IMG/VR virus record: IMGVR_UViG_3300027804_002057
Strand: one strand, 5' to 3'
Length of the DNA stretch: 64,000 nt
Source: a virus
Every line of letters begins with the position of its first letter. Positions within the stretch are counted from its first letter, which is position 1. Below are positions 29,453 through 39,401 of the stretch, one piece after another. Made by a program: the position numbers and the translations under genes. The notes under the pieces were generated by a model. The model was not told the origin of the DNA and did no database searches. It saw only the letters and a program-made list of their open reading frames with translations.

Positions 29453-30514
29453 TTATAATTCTTGGAATTTACCTGTTACACCTACTTCATCTTCAGCTTC
29501 TATTGCAAACCCTAATCCAGTAAATGTAAATGTTATTTCATTAGTTTGACCATTATAAGAATATGTGTATAATGATGGTGATATAAAATCTCCATTAATA
29601 TAAACTCTAAACCAATTTATAATATCAAATACACCAACTAATTCAGATGGAAGTATTGGTTTTTTAACATTTGTAAGTTTTACAGTTGTTCCATTTACAA
29701 AAGTTGCCATTTGAGAACCCCTAACTGCTACGAAATCAATAACCTGAGCGTATTCATTATACAACGATGGTTGTGTAAATATGTTTCCAGTCAAATCAGT
29801 TTCTATACCAAATACAATTCTTTTTACACTTTTTGATTTATTAATAACAGGCTTTTCATTGTATGTTTCTGGTAGTAAGTAAGCATTTACAACCATATTA
29901 AAGGTTGTACGAATGATTCGTTCACTACCCTCACCAACTTCTTGCTGATTATCAAATGAATCAATTTTTACTTTAAATTTATATCCGTTTTCATTTCCCC
30001 AATATCTATCAGTAGCAAATTGAAAAGCTTCAACAATTTTATTCATATGTTCAGTAAATGAAGTCCATATCATTACTTCATAAGTTACAGTTACATAATC
30101 AGGAACATTTACACTATATAAATCAGAAACAGGAGTTACATTATTTTGTAAACTGAATCTTTCGTATCTATTTTTAGGTGAGTATTTTTTAAATGTAGTT
30201 ATTTTATTTACTTCTTTAAAGTTTGCTAATAAATCATTTCTCTCAATAGAATTCCTCTTAAACATTACCAAAGGTATTTGTATTTTACCCCTTTGGTCTC
30301 TAAGGTATCCATCTTTTCTAGCAGTAGCCCATCTTTCCGCATTACCATATAATAAAGGAACTTTTACTATATTAGTATTTTCCTCTACATTTGGTATAAC
30401 AACCGATGACATGTATTCTGCAATAGTAGTATCAATATCAATAAGTTTAACACCTTTGACAAATTCTTTTTCTATTGGAAGTTGTTTACCTCTATTTGTT
30501 TCTCTTTTATCCAT
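29453..30514 (-). CDS. T4 gp15-like tail terminator/sheath stabiliser with an extra C-terminal domain
   Basis: VKVPLLYGNAERW...QIPL...VPDYVTVTYEVMIWT...HMNKIVE resembles gp15. Syntenic after gp13- and gp14-like genes. Confidence 0.65.
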   Translation of the reverse strand: MDKRETNRGKQLPIEKEFVKGVKLIDIDTTIAEYMSSVVIPNVEENTNIVKVPLLYGNAERWATARKDGYLRDQRGKIQIPLVMFKRNSIERNDLLANFKEVNKITTFKKYSPKNRYERFSLQNNVTPVSDLYSVNVPDYVTVTYEVMIWTSFTEHMNKIVEAFQFATDRYWGNENGYKFKVKIDSFDNQQEVGEGSERIIRTTFNMVVNAYLLPETYNEKPVINKSKSVKRIVFGIETDLTGNIFTQPSLYNEYAQVIDFVAVRGSQMATFVNGTTVKLTNVKKPILPSELVGVFDIINWFRVYINGDFISPSLYTYSYNGQTNEITFTFTGLGFAIEAEDEVGVTGKFQEL

Positions 30515-30975
30515 TATACTACTCTCATTTCAGTTTGTATTGAACTTCTTCTACTCATAAATGTTGAACAAATAATTGAGAAGTTTTCATCTTCACCAAC
30601 TCTACCACCAACTAAAAAATCTTCAGTTACATTATCAATTTCAAAATAAGCACTATTATGAAAAATTATATCACCAATTTCAGGGTAAAAATCTTTTTCT
30701 TTTAAAGTGAATCTATTAAAACGGAATTGTACTGTTTGGTTTGCATCTGCTCCAAACCCTTCGTAGTTTGCTTGAGTATCATCTCTCTGAATTATTGCAT
30801 TACATTCTACGCCTTGATAGTAACTTTTATTAAGCGATTCTCCGTATAAATTAGTTTTACTATCTTCTATGACAAGTTTATATAATACCACAGCCGTTTC
30901 TATAACTGCATCTACTAATTCCTTTGATATTCCTTCAAAGAATCTTATATCTCTTGCTAATGCAAATCTTGCCAT
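30514..30975 (-). CDS. Neck/head-closure protein (gp14-like)
   Basis: VVLYKL...TNLYGES...YPEIGDIIF...YFEIDNV, and position in the neck cluster. Confidence 0.65.
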   Translation of the reverse strand: MARFALARDIRFFEGISKELVDAVIETAVVLYKLVIEDSKTNLYGESLNKSYYQGVECNAIIQRDDTQANYEGFGADANQTVQFRFNRFTLKEKDFYPEIGDIIFHNSAYFEIDNVTEDFLVGGRVGEDENFSIICSTFMSRRSSIQTEMRVV

Positions 30976-30979
30976 AATA

Positions 30980-32146
30980 TTAACCTATATAGATTGCTAA
31001 AGGTACTTTTCGTAACATTTCTTGATGAGCATTTGTTTCGCTATTTCTATTCTCAAATTGTTTTGTTCTACTTAGTTCTTCCAATGTTTCTCTTAATTGA
31101 GTCATCAGAGATTCTTTTTCAGTTTGTGCTTCACTTCTTAATGCAGCACCATCTAAACTAATTTCAGAACCAGGTATTGGAATTTGTGAATATTTTTCTC
31201 TTACAGCTCCTAACAATTCTTTAACCAATGCAAGTGTATATTTTCTAATCCATTGCTTACCCACATCATTAATTCCACCATATTCCATAAAATCATAAGG
31301 AATATCCGAATAATCTGATATTACACTTGGTGTTACATTTGTTGAGTTTGCAACAAATTCATCTCTTACAAAATAATCAAAATATAATTTTCCATATAAA
31401 TTAATATGCTGTGAAGTTGGTCTTGGGAATACTTGAATTTTACCATTTACAATATTGAAAGTAAATGCTGATTTTCTAAATTGGTCATTAAATTCAATTG
31501 CTTGAATTCTTAACATATCTTCAAATATTGGCATTAATATAAATTGTGCTGCTGGTGAGTATGAACCGAATCCAAATTCATCAATTAAGTTTAATGTACC
31601 TTGTCCACTTACTGAATAAGGGTCAAAAAATCTATTAATTGCCGGAACTGGTTCGTGGAATACTTTTACAATATCAATACGGTTTCCGCTTTCAGAAACA
31701 GCTGCCCAAAGAGTATCTAAATCATACTCTTGCTTTCCAGCTTCTAATTCTATATATCCTTTCTTAATATCAGTATTTCCACCAACTCCTGCTAAAGTAC
31801 CATACGCATCAGAAATACCAATTAAAGTAGGTAAATTTGAACCCTGAACTAGTTTATTTGTCAGAGATGATGATTTGGATTTTCCTTTAAGAGTATCTAA
31901 ATTATTACGAATATTAAATTGATTTACCTGTGCCGCATATTCAGATACAGATTCTTCAAAGCATGCATAGAAGTTTTCATCTATTAATTCTATGTTTTGA
32001 ATAGGATACCCCAATCTTCTAGCACACCAAAGTGCCACTTTTGGAGCATCTTCTTGAAACTCATAATCATTATCATAAATTCCAAAAGGTGTTTGACCCG
32101 GAAAGAATGAAGATGAACCGGGATATATTAATGTTTCTAATGCCAT
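30980..32146 (-). CDS. Neck protein (gp13-like head-tail adaptor)
   Basis: RRLGYPIQNIEL...WIRKYTLALVKELLGxVRxKYSxIPxPG...LDGxxLxxEA motifs. Confidence 0.75.
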   Translation of the reverse strand: MALETLIYPGSSSFFPGQTPFGIYDNDYEFQEDAPKVALWCARRLGYPIQNIELIDENFYACFEESVSEYAAQVNQFNIRNNLDTLKGKSKSSSLTNKLVQGSNLPTLIGISDAYGTLAGVGGNTDIKKGYIELEAGKQEYDLDTLWAAVSESGNRIDIVKVFHEPVPAINRFFDPYSVSGQGTLNLIDEFGFGSYSPAAQFILMPIFEDMLRIQAIEFNDQFRKSAFTFNIVNGKIQVFPRPTSQHINLYGKLYFDYFVRDEFVANSTNVTPSVISDYSDIPYDFMEYGGINDVGKQWIRKYTLALVKELLGAVREKYSQIPIPGSEISLDGAALRSEAQTEKESLMTQLRETLEELSRTKQFENRNSETNAHQEMLRKVPLAIYIG

Positions 32147-32171
32147 TATAAGTACTTATTTTAACGTTACC

Positions 32172-32180
32172 TATAAATAT
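32172..32180 (-). promoter_or_regulatory. Putative late promoter motif ATATTTATA
   Basis: About 26 nt upstream of the neck operon ATG, and just downstream of a terminator. Confidence 0.6.
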
Positions 32181-32204
32181 TAGAAACCAAAAGAATAGTG
32201 TTTA

Positions 32205-32240
32205 GAAAGAAAAAAGGAGATAGTATTACCATCTCCCTTA
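32205..32240 (-). terminator. Intrinsic terminator
   Basis: The minus-strand RNA GGAGAUGG-UAAUA-CUAUCUCC followed by UUUUUUCUUU lies after the 843-aa gene. Confidence 0.85.
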
Positions 32241-32264
32241 TTTATTTTTGATATTAACCAAATA

Positions 32265-34796
32265 TTACGCATGTTGTGTTATTACACATGTTATCGATGG
32301 TGTTATTGGTGTTGTTGGTGTTGTACCTGCAGCATAATACTCAAACGAATTTGTAGTACCTTCTCCCTGATACATTACTTCAAAATAAGAGCCAGAGTTT
32401 AGATACAATAAAGATGTTTTTGTAATTGGTGTAATGTATGTATTATTAACAGTTGCTCTCACATTTGTTGCCGGTACATCATTTCCATCTTTTCTTAACC
32501 AAGTATTAATTGTAGATGTACCTGCGGAATTTCTATACCCTTGTGCAACATATTGTATATTATACCAACCAGTCACATTTGTATAAACTCTACTTGTTCT
32601 AGTACCAGACCTAACTATATCAAATGCGCCACTATTACCATCCATTGTACTAAATTCAAATTGGTATGCAGTTGTTGTTGATGCCACAGTTTGAGATGCC
32701 GTATGATACATCATTGCGTAGTTGAATTGTTTACTACCACTTACATAAAATCCATCATTTATATTAAAAGAACCCGTCACCGTCAATGAACCACTTATTA
32801 CAGCAGAACCAGTATATGCAGTTAGTATTGCTGATGTACCAGAAGTACCAGCCGTACCACCACTACCTGCCGTACCATTTGTGCCTGATGTGCCACTACT
32901 TCCGCTTGTGCCAGAAGTTCCCGATGTACCACCACTACCTGCGGTGCCTCTAGTTCCAGAAGTTCCTGATGTTCCGTTTGTTGCATCTAAACCATTTGTT
33001 CCGTTTGCCCCCGATGTACCACTACTTCCGCTTGTGCCACTACTACCGCTTGTACCACTAACTCCCGATGTTCCAGATGAACCCGAAGTTCCATCACCAC
33101 CAGCTGCTCCTGCTAAGTTTACAGTCCAAGAACTATATGTACCACTACCAGTTATTTCCGATGGTGTACCAAATACCAATTCACCTGTATTTATATCGTA
33201 TGATACAATCATTGAAATTTGGTGATTTGAAATATTGTATGCTATTAAAACATCTTGTGCTACGGTATATGATAATCCCGTTTCAACAAATATAGTACCA
33301 CCACTTCCTAGTGTAAATTCAGTATCAGATGTTGCTTGATATTTACTTCCATCTAATCCAGAAGTTCCAGAAGTACCAGCCGTACCACCGCTACCAGCAG
33401 TTCCATTTGTTCCTGATGTACCACTACTTCCAGATGTGCCAGATGTACCACCACTACCACTTGTACCGCTAGTTCCACTACTTCCGCTTGTGCCAGAAGT
33501 TCCCGATGTACCACCACTACCTGCGGTGCCTCTAGTTCCAGAAGTTCCCGATGTGCCACTTACACCACCACTACCATTTGTTCCATCCAATCCGTTTGTA
33601 CCATTTGCTCCAGAAGTGCCGCTTGTTCCACCACTACCTGCTGTACCATTCGTACCCCCACTACCTGCAGTTCCGTTTGTTCCTGATGTACCAGAAGTTC
33701 CATCAGCACCACCACTACCATTCGTTCCGTTTACTCCAGAAGTTCCAGATGTACCCCCAGTACCAGCAGTACCATCCGTTCCATCACCACCACTTGCTCC
33801 TGCTAAGTTTACATTCCAAGAAGTATATGTACCACTTCCTACCGTTGTTGTTGGTGGACCTACTACTAATGCTCCATTTGCAGGATTATAACTAACAACT
33901 GCAGCTGTTTCATAATTTGAACCATTATATGCAATTATTACCGTTTGTGCTGGTGTGTATGATAATCCCGTTCCTATTGTTAAAGTTGTTGATGAACCTA
34001 ATGTAAATGAAGTTGTTGATGTTGTTTTGTATTTATCACCATCATTACCACTTGTACCACTACTGCCAGAAGTTCCAGAGGTGCCGCTTGTGCCAGATGT
34101 TCCCGATGAGCCACCACTACCAGCAGTACCATTAGTTCCTGATGTTGCTGATGTACCTGATGTACCTGCTGTTCCAGAAGTTTGTGATGTATAAGGAGTT
34201 CCATTAATATAAAATTCACCATTTACAAATACTTCCGAACCACTTACTTCTAATGGAATAACTATACCATCGTTACCACTAAAGAATTGTAGGGAAGCAT
34301 TACCTCTAGTTACGTTACCAATTAAAAAGTTTGAACCAGTTGTATATAGATACGCATCGTTTTCTCTACCTAAGAAAGTATTATATCTACTACTATTGAT
34401 ACCCAAATCCACATAGTTACCACTTTCATTTCCAGTATCATTTGTTGCTACAAAGTCAGAAGATGCTGCGTTAAGATTACTATTATTCCTTACACCAATT
34501 TGTACATATCCCTGTAAATTACCAACACCACTTATTACATCTATTGTTGAAGATGATACAAATAAAGTTCCATCGATTGTTTGGTCACCTATAAAATCGT
34601 TACCACCAACTAATACTGCATAAGAACCAGTATCCAAATAGTTATAGTATCCTAAGTCTAGCCATGCAGTTACACCATCGCCAATTTTAATATTGTTGGT
34701 GTCCATTTCAAGACCTAATTCACCTTGCGATAGGGTTGGGTTTACATTTTCCCAGTTTTCTCTTATATCCCTTCTTAATTGTATTTTACTTGCCAT
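32265..34796 (-). CDS. Collagen-like fibre with an Mtd_N-type N-terminus and a C1q/BclA-like C-terminal head
   Basis: KIQLRRD...W...NPTLxxGELGxExDTxxxKIGDGVTAWxxLxY at the N-terminus, three GTS tracts, two related inserted domains, and C-terminal TGWYNI...WLRKDG...LYLNSGSYFEV. Confidence 0.75.
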   Translation of the reverse strand: MASKIQLRRDIRENWENVNPTLSQGELGLEMDTNNIKIGDGVTAWLDLGYYNYLDTGSYAVLVGGNDFIGDQTIDGTLFVSSSTIDVISGVGNLQGYVQIGVRNNSNLNAASSDFVATNDTGNESGNYVDLGINSSRYNTFLGRENDAYLYTTGSNFLIGNVTRGNASLQFFSGNDGIVIPLEVSGSEVFVNGEFYINGTPYTSQTSGTAGTSGTSATSGTNGTAGSGGSSGTSGTSGTSGTSGSSGTSGNDGDKYKTTSTTSFTLGSSTTLTIGTGLSYTPAQTVIIAYNGSNYETAAVVSYNPANGALVVGPPTTTVGSGTYTSWNVNLAGASGGDGTDGTAGTGGTSGTSGVNGTNGSGGADGTSGTSGTNGTAGSGGTNGTAGSGGTSGTSGANGTNGLDGTNGSGGVSGTSGTSGTRGTAGSGGTSGTSGTSGSSGTSGTSGSGGTSGTSGSSGTSGTNGTAGSGGTAGTSGTSGLDGSKYQATSDTEFTLGSGGTIFVETGLSYTVAQDVLIAYNISNHQISMIVSYDINTGELVFGTPSEITGSGTYSSWTVNLAGAAGGDGTSGSSGTSGVSGTSGSSGTSGSSGTSGANGTNGLDATNGTSGTSGTRGTAGSGGTSGTSGTSGSSGTSGTNGTAGSGGTAGTSGTSAILTAYTGSAVISGSLTVTGSFNINDGFYVSGSKQFNYAMMYHTASQTVASTTTAYQFEFSTMDGNSGAFDIVRSGTRTSRVYTNVTGWYNIQYVAQGYRNSAGTSTINTWLRKDGNDVPATNVRATVNNTYITPITKTSLLYLNSGSYFEVMYQGEGTTNSFEYYAAGTTPTTPITPSITCVITQHA

Positions 34797-34813
34797 TGCT
34801 AATCCTATTTATT

Positions 34814-36082
34814 TTAAGCGCCTCCGCCATTTAATTCTTCTGATACTGATAAATATACTGATGCTGCTGCTCCACCATCTAAATTATTTGCTCCACTTTG
34901 TTTTCCTATTCTACCACTTACACTATCCCAAACTAATACTTGAGTTGCTGTATTGTTTGTTGGTATGTTTGGAACTATTAAACCATTCGTATCTATTTGT
35001 GCAGATAATGTTCTTACATATCCACCAATTGGTGCATTGTAAAAATTAGTTTTAGTTCCAATTTTTTGAGTATCAAAATCTTCACCCGCAGTTAGTTCAA
35101 TAGCAGTTGTTGCTAATCCCCCAGCTGCAGAAAATCCGTTATATCCCCAACCAATTCCACTTAATCTAGTTATTACATCTCCCGACTTAAGATTAAGTGG
35201 AGAATTTGCAGTTCCTCTCGCAGCTCTACCAACAAATGCGGCTACCGAACCAGTTCCAAATGCATCGTTTGTAATTCTAGCACTTGCACCATCGTTTCCA
35301 GTAATGTGTATCATACCACCCGTATTGGTTACAGGTTGATAAGAACCACTTGTATTACCAATTATACTAAATGCCCCAATATCCCCAGCAGGTATAAGTG
35401 GTACTCTTATTTGAATTCTAGCAGTTTCGGAAACTTCAAAAGCTACGAATGAACCACTTTTTAATTGGAAGCCGGCTGCTTGAATAGTTACATTACCATC
35501 CGTATTTGAAATAGTTGCATTTCTACCGCCTAATATATCCGATGCAATATTAATAGATGCGGATTGTAGGAATATATCTCTAAATGGTCTTTCTAATGTT
35601 CCTAGTGTTGCTCCCCTTGCATATAGTGGAACTAAATCTCCACCAAACTCCGTTGAACCACTAATTGTAATTGAACCACTTAATTCAGTTCTACCTACTA
35701 ATGTATTATTACCAATTTGGATAGTTGAACCACTTACAAATAATGAACCCGTTGTTGTTACTGCTCCAATTATATTCTGAACACCTATAAAATTATTTGA
35801 ACCACTTAATAAAGCATAATTAGAAAGGTCTTGCTCATTGGTTGCCTGTTGAATTAAATTAACAATAGATGCAGAATCAATATAGTATGATGCCGTAAAA
35901 TCATTTAGCGAACTAAGGTCTTGCGTTTCACCATCCTTACCCTTAATACCAACCGATGATATTGTTACTTGCGGTATTGAAGTTTGGACAGTAATTTGAG
36001 TTACTGCATTTTCAATTGCAACATTGGTTTTTGGGTTTTCAACTTGTACAACTGTTGTATCTTTATTTATTTGTACTGACAT
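34814..36082 (-). CDS. Virion structural/fibre-associated protein
   Basis: GS-rich fibre motifs, RAARGTANSP...GDVI segment, and a C-terminal LDGG...LNGGGA. Confidence 0.55.
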   Translation of the reverse strand: MSVQINKDTTVVQVENPKTNVAIENAVTQITVQTSIPQVTISSVGIKGKDGETQDLSSLNDFTASYYIDSASIVNLIQQATNEQDLSNYALLSGSNNFIGVQNIIGAVTTTGSLFVSGSTIQIGNNTLVGRTELSGSITISGSTEFGGDLVPLYARGATLGTLERPFRDIFLQSASINIASDILGGRNATISNTDGNVTIQAAGFQLKSGSFVAFEVSETARIQIRVPLIPAGDIGAFSIIGNTSGSYQPVTNTGGMIHITGNDGASARITNDAFGTGSVAAFVGRAARGTANSPLNLKSGDVITRLSGIGWGYNGFSAAGGLATTAIELTAGEDFDTQKIGTKTNFYNAPIGGYVRTLSAQIDTNGLIVPNIPTNNTATQVLVWDSVSGRIGKQSGANNLDGGAAASVYLSVSEELNGGGA

Positions 36083-36083
36083 C

Positions 36084-36464
36084 CTATCGGGTTACGTTTT
36101 TAGATAACTTAACTTTACCTTCTAATAATCTTGTAACTTCATTTCCTCTTACCAATTCTAAATCGTAAAATGCTTCACCAAAATCTAAAAGTGATGATGA
36201 ATATGCGGAAATATATACTCCAATAGAACCACTTTGAACAGGAGTTGTACCATTTGAACCACTTAAATTGATTCCAGTTCCATCCAACTTTAAAGATGAT
36301 GATAATGAAAGGATTGTAGTAGATGCTTCCACTTGCGGACGAATCTGCATCCTAGCATGATAACCACTTAAATCAACCGCTGAACCAGTTTCATCGTTCC
36401 AATTGATTTGAAAATTTGTTGTTGCTCCTTGCTCTATTATAAAAGAATATTTTCCAGCTGCCAT
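36084..36464 (-). CDS. Small Ig-like virion protein (BppU-N/LtfC-like fibre anchor)
   Basis: IEQGAT...VDLSGYxARMQIR...FYDLEL...RLLEGKV...VTR. Confidence 0.6.
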   Translation of the reverse strand: MAAGKYSFIIEQGATTNFQINWNDETGSAVDLSGYHARMQIRPQVEASTTILSLSSSLKLDGTGINLSGSNGTTPVQSGSIGVYISAYSSSLLDFGEAFYDLELVRGNEVTRLLEGKVKLSKNVTR

Positions 36465-36486
36465 ATATGATTCGGTTTAATACTCT

Positions 36487-36495
36487 TATAAATAT
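36487..36495 (-). promoter_or_regulatory. Putative late promoter motif ATATTTATA
   Basis: About 23 nt upstream of the ATG at 36464, downstream of the capsid terminator. Confidence 0.6.
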
Positions 36496-36514
36496 AAAAT
36501 TGTTGGAAAGGGGT

Positions 36515-36550
36515 AAAATAAAAAAGGGAGTGATTTCTCACCCCCTTTTT
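36515..36550 (-). terminator. Intrinsic terminator after the major capsid gene
   Basis: GGGGGUGA-GAAA-UCACUCCC followed by UUUUUUAUUUU. Confidence 0.9.
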
Positions 36551-36581
36551 ATTATGAATCGTTAGTTAGATTCGGTTTAGA

Positions 36582-38246
36582 TTAGATATTAGCTAAATCT
36601 TTAACATAAATCTTACCATAGAATTCTGGTCTTACCATCTTCTTAGCGTAACGAGTCATAACTCCACGTCTTGGTGTGAAGTTTTGTGGGTCGTACACTA
36701 ATGGAGTCATAATCAATGGTACATATGGAGCGTAAACAGCACCAGTCTCAAGGAAGTTATTTCCTCTGAAGCCCATTAGGATTTCGTTAGAAGTCATGTA
36801 TGGGTTTTTGTACACAGTGAATCTGTTGCTCATAGAACCTACTGCAGTTACACCAGCTGCAAATTGCATTGCATCTTTATCAGCGTTTACAGTGAATCCA
36901 GGAATTGATTCTAAGATAGTACATACATCAGGAGATGCAACTACGAAGTTTGCACCACCTCTTAATGTTAATTGATGAATTTTGTTAGAAACTTTATTCA
37001 ACTTAACACCTAATGTTTGATACCAAGTATTCTTAGTATAGTAAGTGTTTGCACCAGAAGGTACTGAAGAACCCCAAGCTGCTTGGCCTGTTGCTCCGTT
37101 GTTTAAGTATTCTTCACCAATTGTTGCTGACCAGTATTCAGTAGTTAATGCGTTGCTCTTTAACATATCTAAGATTTCTAAATCAATCTCTAAAGAGATA
37201 TAATCAGATAACATAGAAGTTAATTCAGCTTCTGCATCAATTGAGTGGTAAGCGTTAAGGTCTTGCGCTAATTCAGGAGTCCATACTGCTTTCAACTTAC
37301 GAGTCTTAGCAACGATAGCCTCTGATTTTAATTCAAGATCGATTTCAGGAATATCCAATGCAGTAGTTGTGTTACCAGCGCTATTTGCAGTTTGGTCTTC
37401 GAAATCACCTCTATCTGAAGCAACTGGTTGCTCAGAGTAAAGGATATTAGTTGCACCTGGTGCAGAGCTTACTCCTTGGTATAAAGATACAGCAGAAGAT
37501 GCTGATACGAATAATACCACGTTATTACCAGATACATAGTTGTACTGAGGGAATTGGTTAGCGATTTTTGTGCTTTGTGCAGCAAATGCTCTAACAGCTT
37601 CAGTATCAGCTACAGAAGAAATGTTAGATTTAGCGATAGTTAATTTAATAACTTGGTTAGCTGCTGCAGATGCTGAAACAGCTGCATCAAAACCTAATTC
37701 AGCCCATGTTGCAGATGCTGAAGTAATTAAACCATTACCAACAGATACAGATGCATCATTTACTGAATAGCCATAACGTCCTTCACCATAAAGACCGTTT
37801 GTAGCTGAGTTAGTTCTACCGAAGTTAGAAGCTGAACCAGTTACGTTAGTACCACCGAAAAGTGATTTACCACCGAACTGTCCTTCAGCACCTTGTGCAG
37901 AACCATATTTGAAGTCTAAGAAGAATACAAGACCAGAAGGTAAGTTCATTGGTTGAACACTAACGAATTCTTTCGCAGCGATTTCACCAAAGATTCTTCT
38001 TACTAATGGTAATGCAACACCAGACCATTCTTCAGAACCTGCTGAAGTACCAGTTTGAGTAGCCTCGTCTAATAATTGCTTAGCTTGGTTCTCTAACAAC
38101 ACTGCCATAGAGTGTTGCTCTCTTTCTTTTAAACCTTCAAGAAGACCAGTCTTCTCCCACTTGTTTTTCAATTGACGTGTTTCAGCCAACATTACTGCTT
38201 GTGGGTTCTTGCCTTCCATAAGTTTTCCTAAATCAAAATTTGCCAT
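36582..38246 (-). CDS. gp23: Major capsid protein (T4 gp23-like)
   Basis: LPLVRR...VSVQPMNLPSGLVF; AKTRKLKAVWTPELAQDLNAYHSIDAEAEL; YAPYVPL...DPQNFTPRRGVMTRY. Confidence 0.95.
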   Translation of the reverse strand: MANFDLGKLMEGKNPQAVMLAETRQLKNKWEKTGLLEGLKEREQHSMAVLLENQAKQLLDEATQTGTSAGSEEWSGVALPLVRRIFGEIAAKEFVSVQPMNLPSGLVFFLDFKYGSAQGAEGQFGGKSLFGGTNVTGSASNFGRTNSATNGLYGEGRYGYSVNDASVSVGNGLITSASATWAELGFDAAVSASAAANQVIKLTIAKSNISSVADTEAVRAFAAQSTKIANQFPQYNYVSGNNVVLFVSASSAVSLYQGVSSAPGATNILYSEQPVASDRGDFEDQTANSAGNTTTALDIPEIDLELKSEAIVAKTRKLKAVWTPELAQDLNAYHSIDAEAELTSMLSDYISLEIDLEILDMLKSNALTTEYWSATIGEEYLNNGATGQAAWGSSVPSGANTYYTKNTWYQTLGVKLNKVSNKIHQLTLRGGANFVVASPDVCTILESIPGFTVNADKDAMQFAAGVTAVGSMSNRFTVYKNPYMTSNEILMGFRGNNFLETGAVYAPYVPLIMTPLVYDPQNFTPRRGVMTRYAKKMVRPEFYGKIYVKDLANI

Positions 38247-38270
38247 TTTTTATTATTTTTTTATGGATTG

Positions 38271-39401
38271 TTATTTTACGATACCAGCTAATTGCTTAAA
38301 GCGGTTAGCTAATTCGTTTGAGCTTTCAGCGATGATTTCTTTTGCTGGAGCTGTTGTAGCTTGTGGCTTAGAAGCAAAACCTTCGGTCATTGTCTTCTTA
38401 GCTGCTACTTTTCTTTCAGTACCAGTAAACTTCATGCTTTCTGCTAAAGTTGCGTAAACCAATTTAACTTCTCTTACAGAAGATGTTCTGTCTAAATTCT
38501 CAACAACCTTAACTTTTTGTTCGTTTGTTAAGTTATAAGAACGGAACAATTTGTTTGCGTAAAGTAATTTTGCGTTTAACAAATTTACTTCGTTGATAGT
38601 TGATTTCAAAGATTTGATTGTAGAATAAGCTTCTTGTAATTCTTCAGCCATTTTCTCTTTTTCTTCGTCATGAGCTGGTTCTTCAGCTTCATCAACTTTT
38701 TCTTCGTCATCACCATATCCCATTTCACGAAGGATTTCATCTAAATCGATTTCCTCATCATCGTGAGCTGGTTCTTCAGTTGGAACTTCTTCAGCTTCAA
38801 CTGCAGGTTCAGCTTGTGGTTCAGCTGCTACTGGTTCTTCAACCGGTGCTTCTTCACCTTCTACTGCTGGCTCATCTTCATGTGCCATTTCTTCGCCTTC
38901 TTCTTCAGCGATTTGAGCTTCTAACTCACGAATGATAGATTCTAAATCTAATTCATCTTCGTCAGTTTCAGGAGCTTCTTCACCTTCCATAGCTGGAGCT
39001 TCTTCTTCTTCACCTTCTGTTGCATATTCATCAACATGAGCTTCAGATTCTTCATCTTCACCTTCGGTAAGGTCTTTAACTTTGTCGTAGTCTTCTACTT
39101 CAGAACCTGGTTCACCAGATTGCTTAGAGATACCACTCAAGTCAGTTTGTGCTGAGTTTACTTTGTCTGCAGGTTGTTTGTTATCACCACCACCAATTTC
39201 GCTTGATGCTTGATTGTCTTCATTTACTTCTGGAGCTTCTTCTTCTTCACTTTCCATTTCAGCTTGAAGCTTCTTAGAAAGGATAGATTGCAATCTCGGA
39301 GTAAACGCTTCTTCAAGTGCGATTTTAGCGTTAGCAATAGCAGTTTCACGTACAGCTTTAGCATCAGCAATTGCTTCTTTCAACAATTTTGAACTTGCCA
39401 T
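38271..39401 (-). CDS. Prohead core/scaffold protein
   Basis: Very acidic and coiled-coil. Lies directly upstream of the capsid gene and ends RFKQLAGI. Confidence 0.75.
   Translation of the reverse strand: MASSKLLKEAIADAKAVRETAIANAKIALEEAFTPRLQSILSKKLQAEMESEEEEAPEVNEDNQASSEIGGGDNKQPADKVNSAQTDLSGISKQSGEPGSEVEDYDKVKDLTEGEDEESEAHVDEYATEGEEEEAPAMEGEEAPETDEDELDLESIIRELEAQIAEEEGEEMAHEDEPAVEGEEAPVEEPVAAEPQAEPAVEAEEVPTEEPAHDDEEIDLDEILREMGYGDDEEKVDEAEEPAHDEEKEKMAEELQEAYSTIKSLKSTINEVNLLNAKLLYANKLFRSYNLTNEQKVKVVENLDRTSSVREVKLVYATLAESMKFTGTERKVAAKKTMTEGFASKPQATTAPAKEIIAESSNELANRFKQLAGIVK

Noticed and set aside
32881-34222. Overlapping ORFs within the 843-aa fibre gene
   Set aside because: Same repeat-shadow artefact.
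36084-36086. Stop-codon reassignment, as seen in some large phages
   Set aside because: Genes up to 14 kb are intact in code 11, and TAG ends genes at natural C-termini (36084, 62872).
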